Made by a program: the position numbers and the translations under genes. Below, one piece after another: positions 10,244 to 18,949 of a DNA stretch of 64,000 bases. The number at the start of each line of letters is the position of its first letter. The stretch's first letter is position 1. The stretch comes from Tagaea sp. (lineage in GTDB: Bacteria; Pseudomonadota; Alphaproteobacteria; CACIAM-22H2), in assembly GCA_965279525.1 (NCBI GenBank), contig CBDIIB010000004.1, positions 1,296,736-1,360,735 on the forward strand. Direction: 5' to 3'. The notes beneath the pieces were generated by a model, which did no database searches, was not told the DNA's origin, and saw nothing but the letters and a program-made list of their open reading frames with translations.

Positions 10244-11175
10244 AAATCCCGTACGAGCGCCTCGGTCTTGGCGGTGCCGCTCTCGGCGTGCTCTTCAACC
10301 CTGTCGACGATGCGGACGCCCTGGCCGCGATCGACGCAGCCTGGGATGCAGGCATACGGACGTTCGATACATCCCCGCTCTATGGCGGCGGACTATCCGA
10401 AGAAAGACTCGGCCGCGCGCTATCGCGACGGCCGCGCAACGCCTTCTTCCTGTCGACCAAGACAGGTGTCAACCGTCCTTACGGGCAGGCTGCCGCCCCG
10501 CCGGGTGGGGCCCGCCGGGCAGCCGACGTCTGGGACTATTCGCCGGATGCGACACGAAGCTCCGTGAAGACCAGTCTCGGGCGCCTGGCAACCGACCGGC
10601 TCGATCTTGTCCACCTCCACGATGTCGAAGGCCGGACCGATGCAGCCATGGCCGCTTATCCGGAACTTGAGCGCCTGCGTTCGGCGGGCACGATTCAGGG
10701 CATCGGGATCGGGGCGAACAAAGTCGAAGCACCACTTGATCTGATGGCACGGGCGCACTTCGACGCCGTTCTTGTGGCAGGCCGGTATACTCTTCTTGAC
10801 CAAACGATGCTCCATCTCGTTCCGCTCGCCGAGAATGCCGGGACGCGCTTGATCGTCGGTGGCGCCTTCAATTCGGGCATCCTTGCGACCGGTGCAGTTG
10901 CCGGCGCCATGTTCCATTATGACCCGGCGCCGGCAGGCATTCTGGACCGAACAAGGGCGATTGAGGGGCACTGCGCAGCCCACGGCGTCCCCTTGCGGGC
11001 GGCCGCGCTGCAGTTCCCGCTGGCCCATCCGGCAGTCCATACGCTTCTGCTCGGAGCACGCAACCCCGCCGAACTCCGGGACTGCCTGGAAATGCTCGCG
11101 TTCCCCATTCCGGCAGCCTTCTGGCATTCGCTTCAGCAGGCTGGACTCGTCGACCGAGCATGTCCGCTGCCATGA
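10240..11175 (+). CDS. Aldo/keto reductase, D-threo-aldose (L-fucose-type) 1-dehydrogenase-like
   Basis: FDTSPLYG, LSTK and LHD catalytic motifs; AGRYTLLDQ; FNSGILA. Confidence 0.88.
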   Translation: MKIPYERLGLGGAALGVLFNPVDDADALAAIDAAWDAGIRTFDTSPLYGGGLSEERLGRALSRRPRNAFFLSTKTGVNRPYGQAAAPPGGARRAADVWDYSPDATRSSVKTSLGRLATDRLDLVHLHDVEGRTDAAMAAYPELERLRSAGTIQGIGIGANKVEAPLDLMARAHFDAVLVAGRYTLLDQTMLHLVPLAENAGTRLIVGGAFNSGILATGAVAGAMFHYDPAPAGILDRTRAIEGHCAAHGVPLRAAALQFPLAHPAVHTLLLGARNPAELRDCLEMLAFPIPAAFWHSLQQAGLVDRACPLP

Positions 11176-12008
11176 TCGACGCACACATCCATTTCTGGGA
11201 CATGCGTCGACAGGACGACATCCTGATCGTCCGTCGCGAGCCGTCGCTGGCACGTCAGGCCATGCCGGACGACCTGCGGCCACTGATGGCCGATGCCGGG
11301 GTGAACGGTGCCGTCGCGATCCAGTCGGCGCCGGACTTCGGCGAGACAGACCATCTGATCGAGGTCAGCGCGCGCACGGCCGAGATATTTGGAATTGTCG
11401 GATGGGTCGACCTTGCGGCAGACGAGGTGCGCGAGCGCATCCGCGCTCTTGCAGCACGGCCGAAAATCGTCGGCGTACGCGCGATGCTCAACCGCGTCGA
11501 TCCGGTCGGCTGGCTTGCCGAAGATCGGGTTCGTCCGGGTCTCGCGGCACTTGTCGAGGCTGGTCTCTCACTCGATGTCATCGCACGCGCCGAACATGCG
11601 CCGGCGATCGCAAAAGTGGCCGCTGCACTTCCCGACCTCCGCATCATCGTCGACCATGGGGCGAGCGCACCTTTGCGTCGATCCGACAGGCAGGACTGGC
11701 TCGAGGCTATCGAGCAGATCGCGGCCTTTCCATCGATTTCCACGAAGTTTTCCGGACTTGCCGAAGAAGCTCCTGAGAGTTGGGCTCCGGAGACGCTCGA
11801 ACCGGCATTCCGGCACTTGCTTGCTTGCTTCGGTCCGGCCAGAATCATGTGGGCCAGCAATTGGCCGGTCATCAATCTGCGCGGCGGTTATGCCGGCTGG
11901 GCTTCGGCCAGCCGGACCCTGCTCGACAGGGCCGCGCTGGCACATCATGATCGGCAGGCCATCGAAGATGGCAATGCACGACGCATCTACAGGATCGCAG
12001 CGGTCTAG
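11160..12008 (+). CDS. Amidohydrolase_2 (COG3618) sugar-lactonase-like protein
   Basis: IDAHIHFW, VGWVDL, IVDHGA, KFSGL, WASNWP; follows the aldose dehydrogenase. Confidence 0.85.
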   Translation: MSAAMIDAHIHFWDMRRQDDILIVRREPSLARQAMPDDLRPLMADAGVNGAVAIQSAPDFGETDHLIEVSARTAEIFGIVGWVDLAADEVRERIRALAARPKIVGVRAMLNRVDPVGWLAEDRVRPGLAALVEAGLSLDVIARAEHAPAIAKVAAALPDLRIIVDHGASAPLRRSDRQDWLEAIEQIAAFPSISTKFSGLAEEAPESWAPETLEPAFRHLLACFGPARIMWASNWPVINLRGGYAGWASASRTLLDRAALAHHDRQAIEDGNARRIYRIAAV

Positions 12009-12011
12009 CCA

Positions 12012-12917
12012 CTAGGATTTCCCCGCATAGCGGATCTTGACGCCGGCCTCTTCCTCGCGCAGGCGCACGACACTCGAGATGTCGTCGGCGTCGTATCCCT
12101 TGTCGCATGTCTCCTTGAGCGACGCCTGCAGGCCTAGACCCACCGGCGTACCGACACCGGCGTCTTTCGCCATTGCCAGAGCCAGACGGACGTCCTTTGC
12201 AGCCAGCCTTGTCATGAATCCGCGCCGGAAGTCGCCCACAAAGCTCTTCACAGGCTGGATCTTGAGAAGGTGCGCGCTGGAGGCTCCCGTACTGCCGACC
12301 AGTTCCACAATCTTCTCGAGCGACAGTCCGGCTTTCATTCCGAAGGCGAGAGCTTCGGCGTGCAGCGCGAGAATCCCGGCCGAGACGTAGTTGTTGACGA
12401 GCTTGAGGGCGTGACCGTTACCGAGCGGTCCGGCATGGACGATGTAGTTCCCCATTACGTCTAGGACCGGGCGAACCTCGGCGACATCCGCCAGCTCCCC
12501 GCCGACCATGATCGCAAGAGTCCCCTTCTCGGCGTCCTCGACGGCACGTGCCACGGGCGCGTCGACCATCCGTGCGCCGGCCGCATGGATCGCTGCGGCA
12601 ATTCGACGGGTCGTGCCAGGGTCGATCGTACTCATATCCATGTAGATCTTGCCCGGCCGGATCGCAGACGCGATCCCGTCGGGCCCTGTCGCGACGGTCT
12701 CGACGTCCGGCGAGTCCGGAAGCATCGTGATCACGATATCGCTTGCCGCTGCGACCTCTGACGGTCGCCTCATCGCTCGCACGCCACCACGCACGAACGC
12801 ATCCATAGCCGACGCATTGCTATCGCAGACGATCAGAGGAAATCCGGCCTTCTGGATGTTACGTGCCATCGGCGCTCCAATCGTGCCGATGCCGATGAAT
12901 CCGATGGTCATTTTCAT
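12012..12917 (-). CDS. NAD(P)-dependent beta-hydroxyacid dehydrogenase (YihU/HIBADH family)
   Basis: GFIGIGTIG, TMLP, DMST, catalytic KLVNN, KD. Confidence 0.9.
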   Translation of the reverse strand: MKMTIGFIGIGTIGAPMARNIQKAGFPLIVCDSNASAMDAFVRGGVRAMRRPSEVAAASDIVITMLPDSPDVETVATGPDGIASAIRPGKIYMDMSTIDPGTTRRIAAAIHAAGARMVDAPVARAVEDAEKGTLAIMVGGELADVAEVRPVLDVMGNYIVHAGPLGNGHALKLVNNYVSAGILALHAEALAFGMKAGLSLEKIVELVGSTGASSAHLLKIQPVKSFVGDFRRGFMTRLAAKDVRLALAMAKDAGVGTPVGLGLQASLKETCDKGYDADDISSVVRLREEEAGVKIRYAGKS

Positions 12918-12970
12918 GTCAAACTCCGTTCCTCGTCGGATTGGCGCCTCACTAGCGGTGCCGCGTGAAC

Positions 12971-13996
12971 TCAGGCACTGTCGCGGACGATCAGTTCAAA
13001 TCCGAGGTCAACGATCCGCTTCGAGAGACGTCGCCCCGCTAGGCAATCGCGCAGCATTCTTCCGGCGGCACGGCCGATCTCGTAGCGCGGGATCCGAATG
13101 GTCGTGAGCGCCGGAATCAGCTCGCCGGCGAACTCCAGATCGTCGAACCCGATGATCGAGATGTCTTCCGGGATCCGGATCCCGAGCCTGTTGCACTCCT
13201 GGACTGCGCCTATCGCGAGCACGTCGGATGCGCAGAATAGCGCTGAAGGCGTAGGTTTCATGGCCAATAGTTGACGCAAGGCCCGAGCTCCAGCCTCGAC
13301 GGCGAGATCTGTGGCTATCGACCATTCTGGCCTGACGCGGATTCTCGCTGACTTCAGGGCACGGACATAGCCGAGATGACGATCGCGCATTCGATCGTTG
13401 TTCTTCTCGTCGAGGCCTATATGCGCGATTCTGGTATGCCCCTTCGAGACGAGATACACGGTTGCTGCCCGGGCGGCCGCCTCGTTCGAGAAGCCGACAA
13501 CGAGATCGAGCGGCGAATCGGGGATGTTGTTGCCCTCGATAACTGGAATACCGGACGACGAAAGAAGATGGACTGTCGATGTGGAGTGAGTCGTTCCCGT
13601 CAGGAAAATCGCGTCGACACGTCGGGACAGAAAGGCTCGGACGATCGCCTCTTCCTTCTCGAGCGAGAAGCCGGTCACGCCGACGAGAATGTGGAATCCG
13701 TCGTCGGACAACTCGTCGGACATCCCCTGGATCGTTTCGGTAAAACTCGAGTGACCGAGATGCGGCACGAGCACCGCAACGACACCGGTCTGACGCACGG
13801 ACAACGAGCGCGCGACAAGATCGGGCGTATAGCCGGTCGACTTCAGCGCCGCCTCCACCCGACTTCGGGTCTCCGCAGAAACCCGATCCGGGTCCCGAAG
13901 CACGCGTGCGACGGTCATCGTCGAGACCTTCGCCATCGCAGCCACGTCCCGGATCCGTGCGCGTCCCGGCGGGGACTGGTTCGAGCTCCGCTTCAT
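12971..13996 (-). CDS. LacI-family regulator (E. coli GntR-like)
   Basis: IRDVAAMAKVSTMTVARVL HTH, GYTPD..ARSL, GFDD..PALTT. Confidence 0.92.
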   Translation of the reverse strand: MKRSSNQSPPGRARIRDVAAMAKVSTMTVARVLRDPDRVSAETRSRVEAALKSTGYTPDLVARSLSVRQTGVVAVLVPHLGHSSFTETIQGMSDELSDDGFHILVGVTGFSLEKEEAIVRAFLSRRVDAIFLTGTTHSTSTVHLLSSSGIPVIEGNNIPDSPLDLVVGFSNEAAARAATVYLVSKGHTRIAHIGLDEKNNDRMRDRHLGYVRALKSARIRVRPEWSIATDLAVEAGARALRQLLAMKPTPSALFCASDVLAIGAVQECNRLGIRIPEDISIIGFDDLEFAGELIPALTTIRIPRYEIGRAAGRMLRDCLAGRRLSKRIVDLGFELIVRDSA

Positions 13997-14823
13997 CCTT
14001 TAAGTGCCCCGCCGACAAGACCCTGGACGAGGTATTTCCGGATGAACACGGTGAATGCCACGATCGGCGCCATCACGAGGACCGCACCGGACGAGACAAG
14101 CCCCCAGTCCGCTCCTTCGTAGGCAAGGAAGCCGACGATGGCGACAGGAAGTGTCCGCGCCTCGCGGCTTGTCAGGACGAGAGCTAGGAGAAACTCGTTC
14201 CACGCCATGATGAAGGTCAGGATGGCGGTCGCCGTCAATCCCGGTGCGGAGACCGGCAGAATCACCTTGAGGAAAATCTGCCAGTGGCCCGCCCCGTCGA
14301 TCCGAGCGGCTTCGTCCAGTTCGCGGGGCACGTCGTTGAAAAAACTCCAAAGGGACCACATCACAAGAGGGATATTAAGGTTCGCATAGGCGACGATCAG
14401 GATCCACCAGGTATCGTTGACCCCAAATGCGCGCGCCGCCAGGAAATACGGGATTATGAAGACCGTCGGCGGCACGATCCGCACGAACAACGAGTAGCCC
14501 AGCGCGATGTTGCGGAATTCTCGCCAGCGCGACCGAGAAACCACGTAAGCCGCCGGCGCACCGACCGCGAGCGAGACGACAACCGTGCCGATCGCGACGA
14601 CGACGCTGTTGACTAGGTAGGACATGAATGTCCCGTCCTCCAGCAGGCGCCGGTAGTTGTCAAGGGTCGGCCAGAAGACAAAGACTTGGGTCCGGTCGAA
14701 CGCCTGCAACTGCGTCTTGAGCGACAGCAACACGATCCAGAAAAGCGGCAACAGGATTAGGGCCAGGAACACGAGCGTGCCCAACGACATCACGACGACA
14801 GGAAATTTGCGGCGGACGATCAT
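13993..14823 (-). CDS. Carbohydrate ABC permease (MalG-like)
   Basis: EAARIDGA, WNEF. Confidence 0.92.
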   Translation of the reverse strand: MIVRRKFPVVVMSLGTLVFLALILLPLFWIVLLSLKTQLQAFDRTQVFVFWPTLDNYRRLLEDGTFMSYLVNSVVVAIGTVVVSLAVGAPAAYVVSRSRWREFRNIALGYSLFVRIVPPTVFIIPYFLAARAFGVNDTWWILIVAYANLNIPLVMWSLWSFFNDVPRELDEAARIDGAGHWQIFLKVILPVSAPGLTATAILTFIMAWNEFLLALVLTSREARTLPVAIVGFLAYEGADWGLVSSGAVLVMAPIVAFTVFIRKYLVQGLVGGALKG

Positions 14824-14836
14824 TCCGGTATTCGGC

Positions 14837-15727
14837 TCACGACTGGACCTGCGGACGGACCAGCGATCTGTAGAGCGGTGCGCAGATGACCGCCATCATC
14901 AGCAGGATCACGACGAGCATCGTCGCCGAATAGCCAAGATCGAAGTACCGGAAGCCGGTCAGATAGGCATAGAAATCCATGTTTTCGGTCGCGTTGCCCG
15001 GGCCGCCACCGGTGATCGTGAAGATGACCGGAAACACTTTTGTGCTTTCGATGATGCGGAACAGCAGGACGACGAGAATTGTCGGAATCAGCATGGGAAT
15101 AGTCACGTGGCGCAGTACCTGCCAGGAACTCGCGCCGTCGATATGTGCCGCCTCAAAGACGTCCTGCGGCAGCGACTCAAGTCCGGCAAGTAGCAGCAGC
15201 ATGACATAGGGTGTCCACTCCCATGTCAGGGTCAAGATGAGCGCTCCCATCGCGCCGTTCGCCGTTTCGAGGAAGCCGGGGGTACTCAGGCCCAGCAGCG
15301 ACATGAAGTAGTCGAGCCCGCCAAGATCGGGAATCAGGAACGCCTTCCACAGAACTCCGACGACGACCGGCGGCAACACCATCGGCAATATGAAAAGCGA
15401 CCGTATCGCCTTGAGCGATCGGATCGCCGAGTGGAGAAGGAGCGCGAGCGACAGACCGAGGAACATCTGCAAGATAGTCGGGACAACGATGTAGATGAGA
15501 CCGTTCATGACGGTCGACCACCAGCGTGCGTCGGTCGCGAGTCGGACATAGTGCTCGAAGCCAATCCAATCCCAGCGCGCAAGGCGGTTGAGCCGGAGGT
15601 CGGTAAAGCTGACGAGAATCGCGAAGGCAAGCGGAATGACCGTCAGGAAAAGTAGCGCCGCAACCAGCGGTGCCACCATGACGATCTGCGTCCCCTTTTC
15701 GCGCCCGGTCCGACTCACGCCACGCAA
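14837..15727 (-). CDS. Carbohydrate ABC permease (MalF-like)
   Basis: WEWTPY, EAAHIDGA, TGGGP. Confidence 0.92.
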   Translation of the reverse strand: MRGVSRTGREKGTQIVMVAPLVAALLFLTVIPLAFAILVSFTDLRLNRLARWDWIGFEHYVRLATDARWWSTVMNGLIYIVVPTILQMFLGLSLALLLHSAIRSLKAIRSLFILPMVLPPVVVGVLWKAFLIPDLGGLDYFMSLLGLSTPGFLETANGAMGALILTLTWEWTPYVMLLLLAGLESLPQDVFEAAHIDGASSWQVLRHVTIPMLIPTILVVLLFRIIESTKVFPVIFTITGGGPGNATENMDFYAYLTGFRYFDLGYSATMLVVILLMMAVICAPLYRSLVRPQVQS

Positions 15728-15728
15728 C

Positions 15729-17099
15729 CTAGCGGAAGTATCCTGCCTGTCTCAGTATCCGCTCGACCTCGCCGTCGGCCTGCCGCATTGCGTCGGCCGC
15801 AGTCTGACGACCGATCGTGGCACGGCTGATCGCATTGCTGATGGCGTCGCCGACCTCACCCCATTCCGGAATTGGCGGCGTATAGACGGGCGACCGTTCT
15901 TCGAGCATGCGCCGGACGGCTGGGAGATACTCGCCATCTGCCAGATTGTTCTTCTTCTGGAAGTCCGCATTGTCGACCGTACTGCGTCGCGGCGAAGCGA
16001 CATAGGGCGTGCGCATCGCAAGATCGAGCAGTACACCCTTGCTCGTCGCCCACTTGATGAATTCCCACGCTGCAGGCTTGTTGCGCGCGTTCTTCGCCAT
16101 GCCGATCCCGTGCTCGGCAAAAGCCGGAAAGCGGCCCGCCGGGCCGCGCGGCACCGATGCGATGCCCGTCTTTCCGTGGGCCTGCGAGCGATCTGCGCTG
16201 AGGAACAGGTTCGCGAGCGGATGGCCGTCCATGACCATGGCAACCCGCCCCTGTTGCATCGCAACGATGACTTCCTCGTGGGTCGCGTTCACTGAGCCTG
16301 GAAAGCCGTACTGGCGGACGAGCGTCGACCACATCTCGACAGCCTTCACGGTATTCGGGTCGGAAAGTGCCGGACGCATGTCGGACGGGAAATTCCGGAA
16401 GAATTTTCCGCCTTGCGCATACAGGAGAATCGGGAAAGGCCACAGGTTTCCTTCGACTCCGGCCGCACCGCGCAGACCGATCGGCGCCACGTCCGGCACC
16501 CGCTCGCGCAGTATCCGGCAGGTTTCCATCATCTCGTCGAATGTCTCGGGAGGCTTGGTAAGCCCTGCCTTGGCGAAGATGTCCCGTCGCCAATACAGAA
16601 GAATGGTGGCCGAGAAAATCGGAAGATCGTATCTCTTTCCGGACGAAACGCCCTGCGCCACCGAGATCGGGAAGAAGTCGTTGAATTCATAGGCCGCCGG
16701 CGTCAGCGCCGGATTTGACAGGAACGGATCGAGAGGCGCCAGCCACTCCGACTTGTGATAGGCGGGTCGATTGAAGGGCGGTATCTGGTAGACGTCATAT
16801 GCACTGGAGCCGGTGGAAAGCTCGAGCTGCTGCTTCTGGAGATTGTCGAGCGTGCCGAGTAGCTCGAAATTGACCTTGATGCCGGTCTGTTCTTGGAACG
16901 CCGGCAGGACAGTCCGCAAGCCCGTGCTGAACAGATAGTTCAGACTGATGAAGTTGAGGGTCGTGCCGCGGTAGGGCTGTCCGGGAAGAAGTACATCGGA
17001 GCCGACCGTCGAGGATTGCGCCTGCCCGGGATTGGACCCGATTGCGAGAAGCGCCGAACCAGTCGCTGCACCCATGAAGTCACGTCGCGTGATACCCAT
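15729..17099 (-). CDS. Carbohydrate ABC substrate-binding protein with Tat signal
   Basis: TRRDFMG leader; LYWRRDIF..PPETFDE SBP_bac_1 pattern. Confidence 0.9.
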   Translation of the reverse strand: MGITRRDFMGAATGSALLAIGSNPGQAQSSTVGSDVLLPGQPYRGTTLNFISLNYLFSTGLRTVLPAFQEQTGIKVNFELLGTLDNLQKQQLELSTGSSAYDVYQIPPFNRPAYHKSEWLAPLDPFLSNPALTPAAYEFNDFFPISVAQGVSSGKRYDLPIFSATILLYWRRDIFAKAGLTKPPETFDEMMETCRILRERVPDVAPIGLRGAAGVEGNLWPFPILLYAQGGKFFRNFPSDMRPALSDPNTVKAVEMWSTLVRQYGFPGSVNATHEEVIVAMQQGRVAMVMDGHPLANLFLSADRSQAHGKTGIASVPRGPAGRFPAFAEHGIGMAKNARNKPAAWEFIKWATSKGVLLDLAMRTPYVASPRRSTVDNADFQKKNNLADGEYLPAVRRMLEERSPVYTPPIPEWGEVGDAISNAISRATIGRQTAADAMRQADGEVERILRQAGYFR

Positions 17100-17241
17100 G
17101 GCCGATTCCTCCCTGTCAAAGACCGCGGATGCTCTCGTGCAATCTCTGGTCCCAGCATGGAAGCGAATCCGCGCCGAACAAGTGAGTGCAGGTCATCCTT
17201 GCGATCGCGTTTTCTGCGGCAGTTTCCTCGTATTTTATCTT

Positions 17242-17257
17242 ATGTTACCGAGTACAT
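17242..17257. promoter_or_regulatory. LacI/GntR-like operator ATGTTACCGAGTACAT
   Basis: One of three related pseudo-palindromes, each in a divergent intergenic region. Confidence 0.65.
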
Positions 17258-17316
17258 TATCAGTCTGGAAAGCCGGGCGCAATCCTGTTCCTTGACGCTT
17301 TCAAGGAGAAGCAATA

Positions 17317-18942
17317 GTGGCCAGTCTCGAAACGGAACACGACTTCGTCGTTATCGGCGCCGGATCAGCTGGCTCCGCTGTCGCAAGCCGGCTGTCAGAG
17401 TCTGGTGCAAACAGTGTTCTTCTCCTTGAAGCGGGCGAAGACGATCCGTGGATATGGTTCCGGGTGCCACTTGGCGCAGGCTACATCCTGCTTACCCAGC
17501 GCGGCATGTGGCGCTTTCGCACGGAGCCCGAGGCGCGGATGGGCAACAGAGCGATGTATTGGCCGCGCGGCCGGATACTCGGCGGATCTTCGACGGTCAA
17601 TGGCATGCTGTGGGTCCGCGGTGAGCCGGCGGAGTACGACAACTGGGCAGCACTCGGCAACGGCGGATGGAGTTATGCGGATATCCTGCCGTATTTGAAG
17701 AAGATCGAGCGATATGCCGATGGCGATCCGGAGTTCCGCGGCGCGCAAGGACCGATCCATATCGACCGGTTTCCAGGCGACAAGCTCGACAATGCCTTTC
17801 TCGCCGCCTGCATCGAGGCGGGCATTCCTTCGAACGCCGACTATAACGGTGCCCGATATGAAGGCGTTGGCCATCTTCAGAGCAACACCAGACGCGGCAT
17901 GCGCCACGGCGCGCGGGAGGCCTATATTTACCCGGCGCGGGAGCGGCCTTCACTCGAGATCAGGACGAACGCCCGTGCACGGAAAGTCCGGATCGAAGAG
18001 GGCCGCGCGACCGGCGTCGAGTATGATTCCGGAAGCGGTATCCGGTTTGCCCGCGCAAGGCGGGAGGTGATTATCAGTGCCGGCGCTATCCAGAGTCCGC
18101 AGATCCTCGAGCTATCGGGAATAGGGAATCCCGCGATCCTCTCCCGTCACGGCATTGCTCCGATTGTCGATCTGCCCGGTGTCGGTGAGAATTTGCGCGA
18201 TCACCTTCACACACGGATCTCATACGAGTGTCGAGAGCCGATCACGCTCAATGACAGACTCAATAATCCGCTCCGCAAGATTTTGATGGGACTTCGATAC
18301 CTTCTGCTGCGACAAGGCCCCATGAGCGCGTGTACGGCAATGGTTCACGCCCTCGCCAAGTCTGATCCGTCCCTCGACCGGCCGGACGTCAAGATCCAGA
18401 TGCACAACGTCAGCGCCGACGATCCCCGGCATCCGACCGAGTTCCGTGTCGATCCGTTCTCAGGCTTTGGCATCGGAACATTCATGCTGCGGCCGGAGTC
18501 GCGTGGCTCGGTACATATCCGTTCGTCGGATCCAGCGGACGCACCGGCCATCGTCGCGAACTATTTGTCGGACGAGCGCGATCGACAAACAAGCATCGCC
18601 GCCCTGCGACTGGCGCGACGGGTCGCCGAGCAGCCGGCACTGAAAGCACTGATCGTACGAGAGGTGCGCCCTGGTCTGGACAGACAGTCGGACGAGGAGC
18701 TGCTCGAACACATCGCAAGGCAGGGTGCAACTTCATACCACCCGATCGGAACCTGCCGTATGGGGAATGACCGCATGGCCGTCGTCGATCCGGAACTGCG
18801 CGTTCACGGGGTTCGATCGTTGCGTGTGGCTGATGCTTCGATCATGCCGACAATGGTCTCGTCGAACACGAACGCACCATCATTCATGATCGGCGAGCGC
18901 TGCGCCGAATTCGTAATTCGGGAACTGCGGCGCAACTCCTGA
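17317..18942 (+). CDS. GMC-family FAD oxidoreductase (choline dehydrogenase-like)
   Basis: GAGSAG, GGSSTVNGM, YHPIGTCRMG, SNTNAP. Confidence 0.93.
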   Translation: MASLETEHDFVVIGAGSAGSAVASRLSESGANSVLLLEAGEDDPWIWFRVPLGAGYILLTQRGMWRFRTEPEARMGNRAMYWPRGRILGGSSTVNGMLWVRGEPAEYDNWAALGNGGWSYADILPYLKKIERYADGDPEFRGAQGPIHIDRFPGDKLDNAFLAACIEAGIPSNADYNGARYEGVGHLQSNTRRGMRHGAREAYIYPARERPSLEIRTNARARKVRIEEGRATGVEYDSGSGIRFARARREVIISAGAIQSPQILELSGIGNPAILSRHGIAPIVDLPGVGENLRDHLHTRISYECREPITLNDRLNNPLRKILMGLRYLLLRQGPMSACTAMVHALAKSDPSLDRPDVKIQMHNVSADDPRHPTEFRVDPFSGFGIGTFMLRPESRGSVHIRSSDPADAPAIVANYLSDERDRQTSIAALRLARRVAEQPALKALIVREVRPGLDRQSDEELLEHIARQGATSYHPIGTCRMGNDRMAVVDPELRVHGVRSLRVADASIMPTMVSSNTNAPSFMIGERCAEFVIRELRRNS

Positions 18943-18949
18943 CTGTTGC

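Noticed and set aside
5009-18942. betC/betA choline-sulfate pathway
   Set aside because: Only family-level similarity; no betB or betI, and the context is sugar catabolism.
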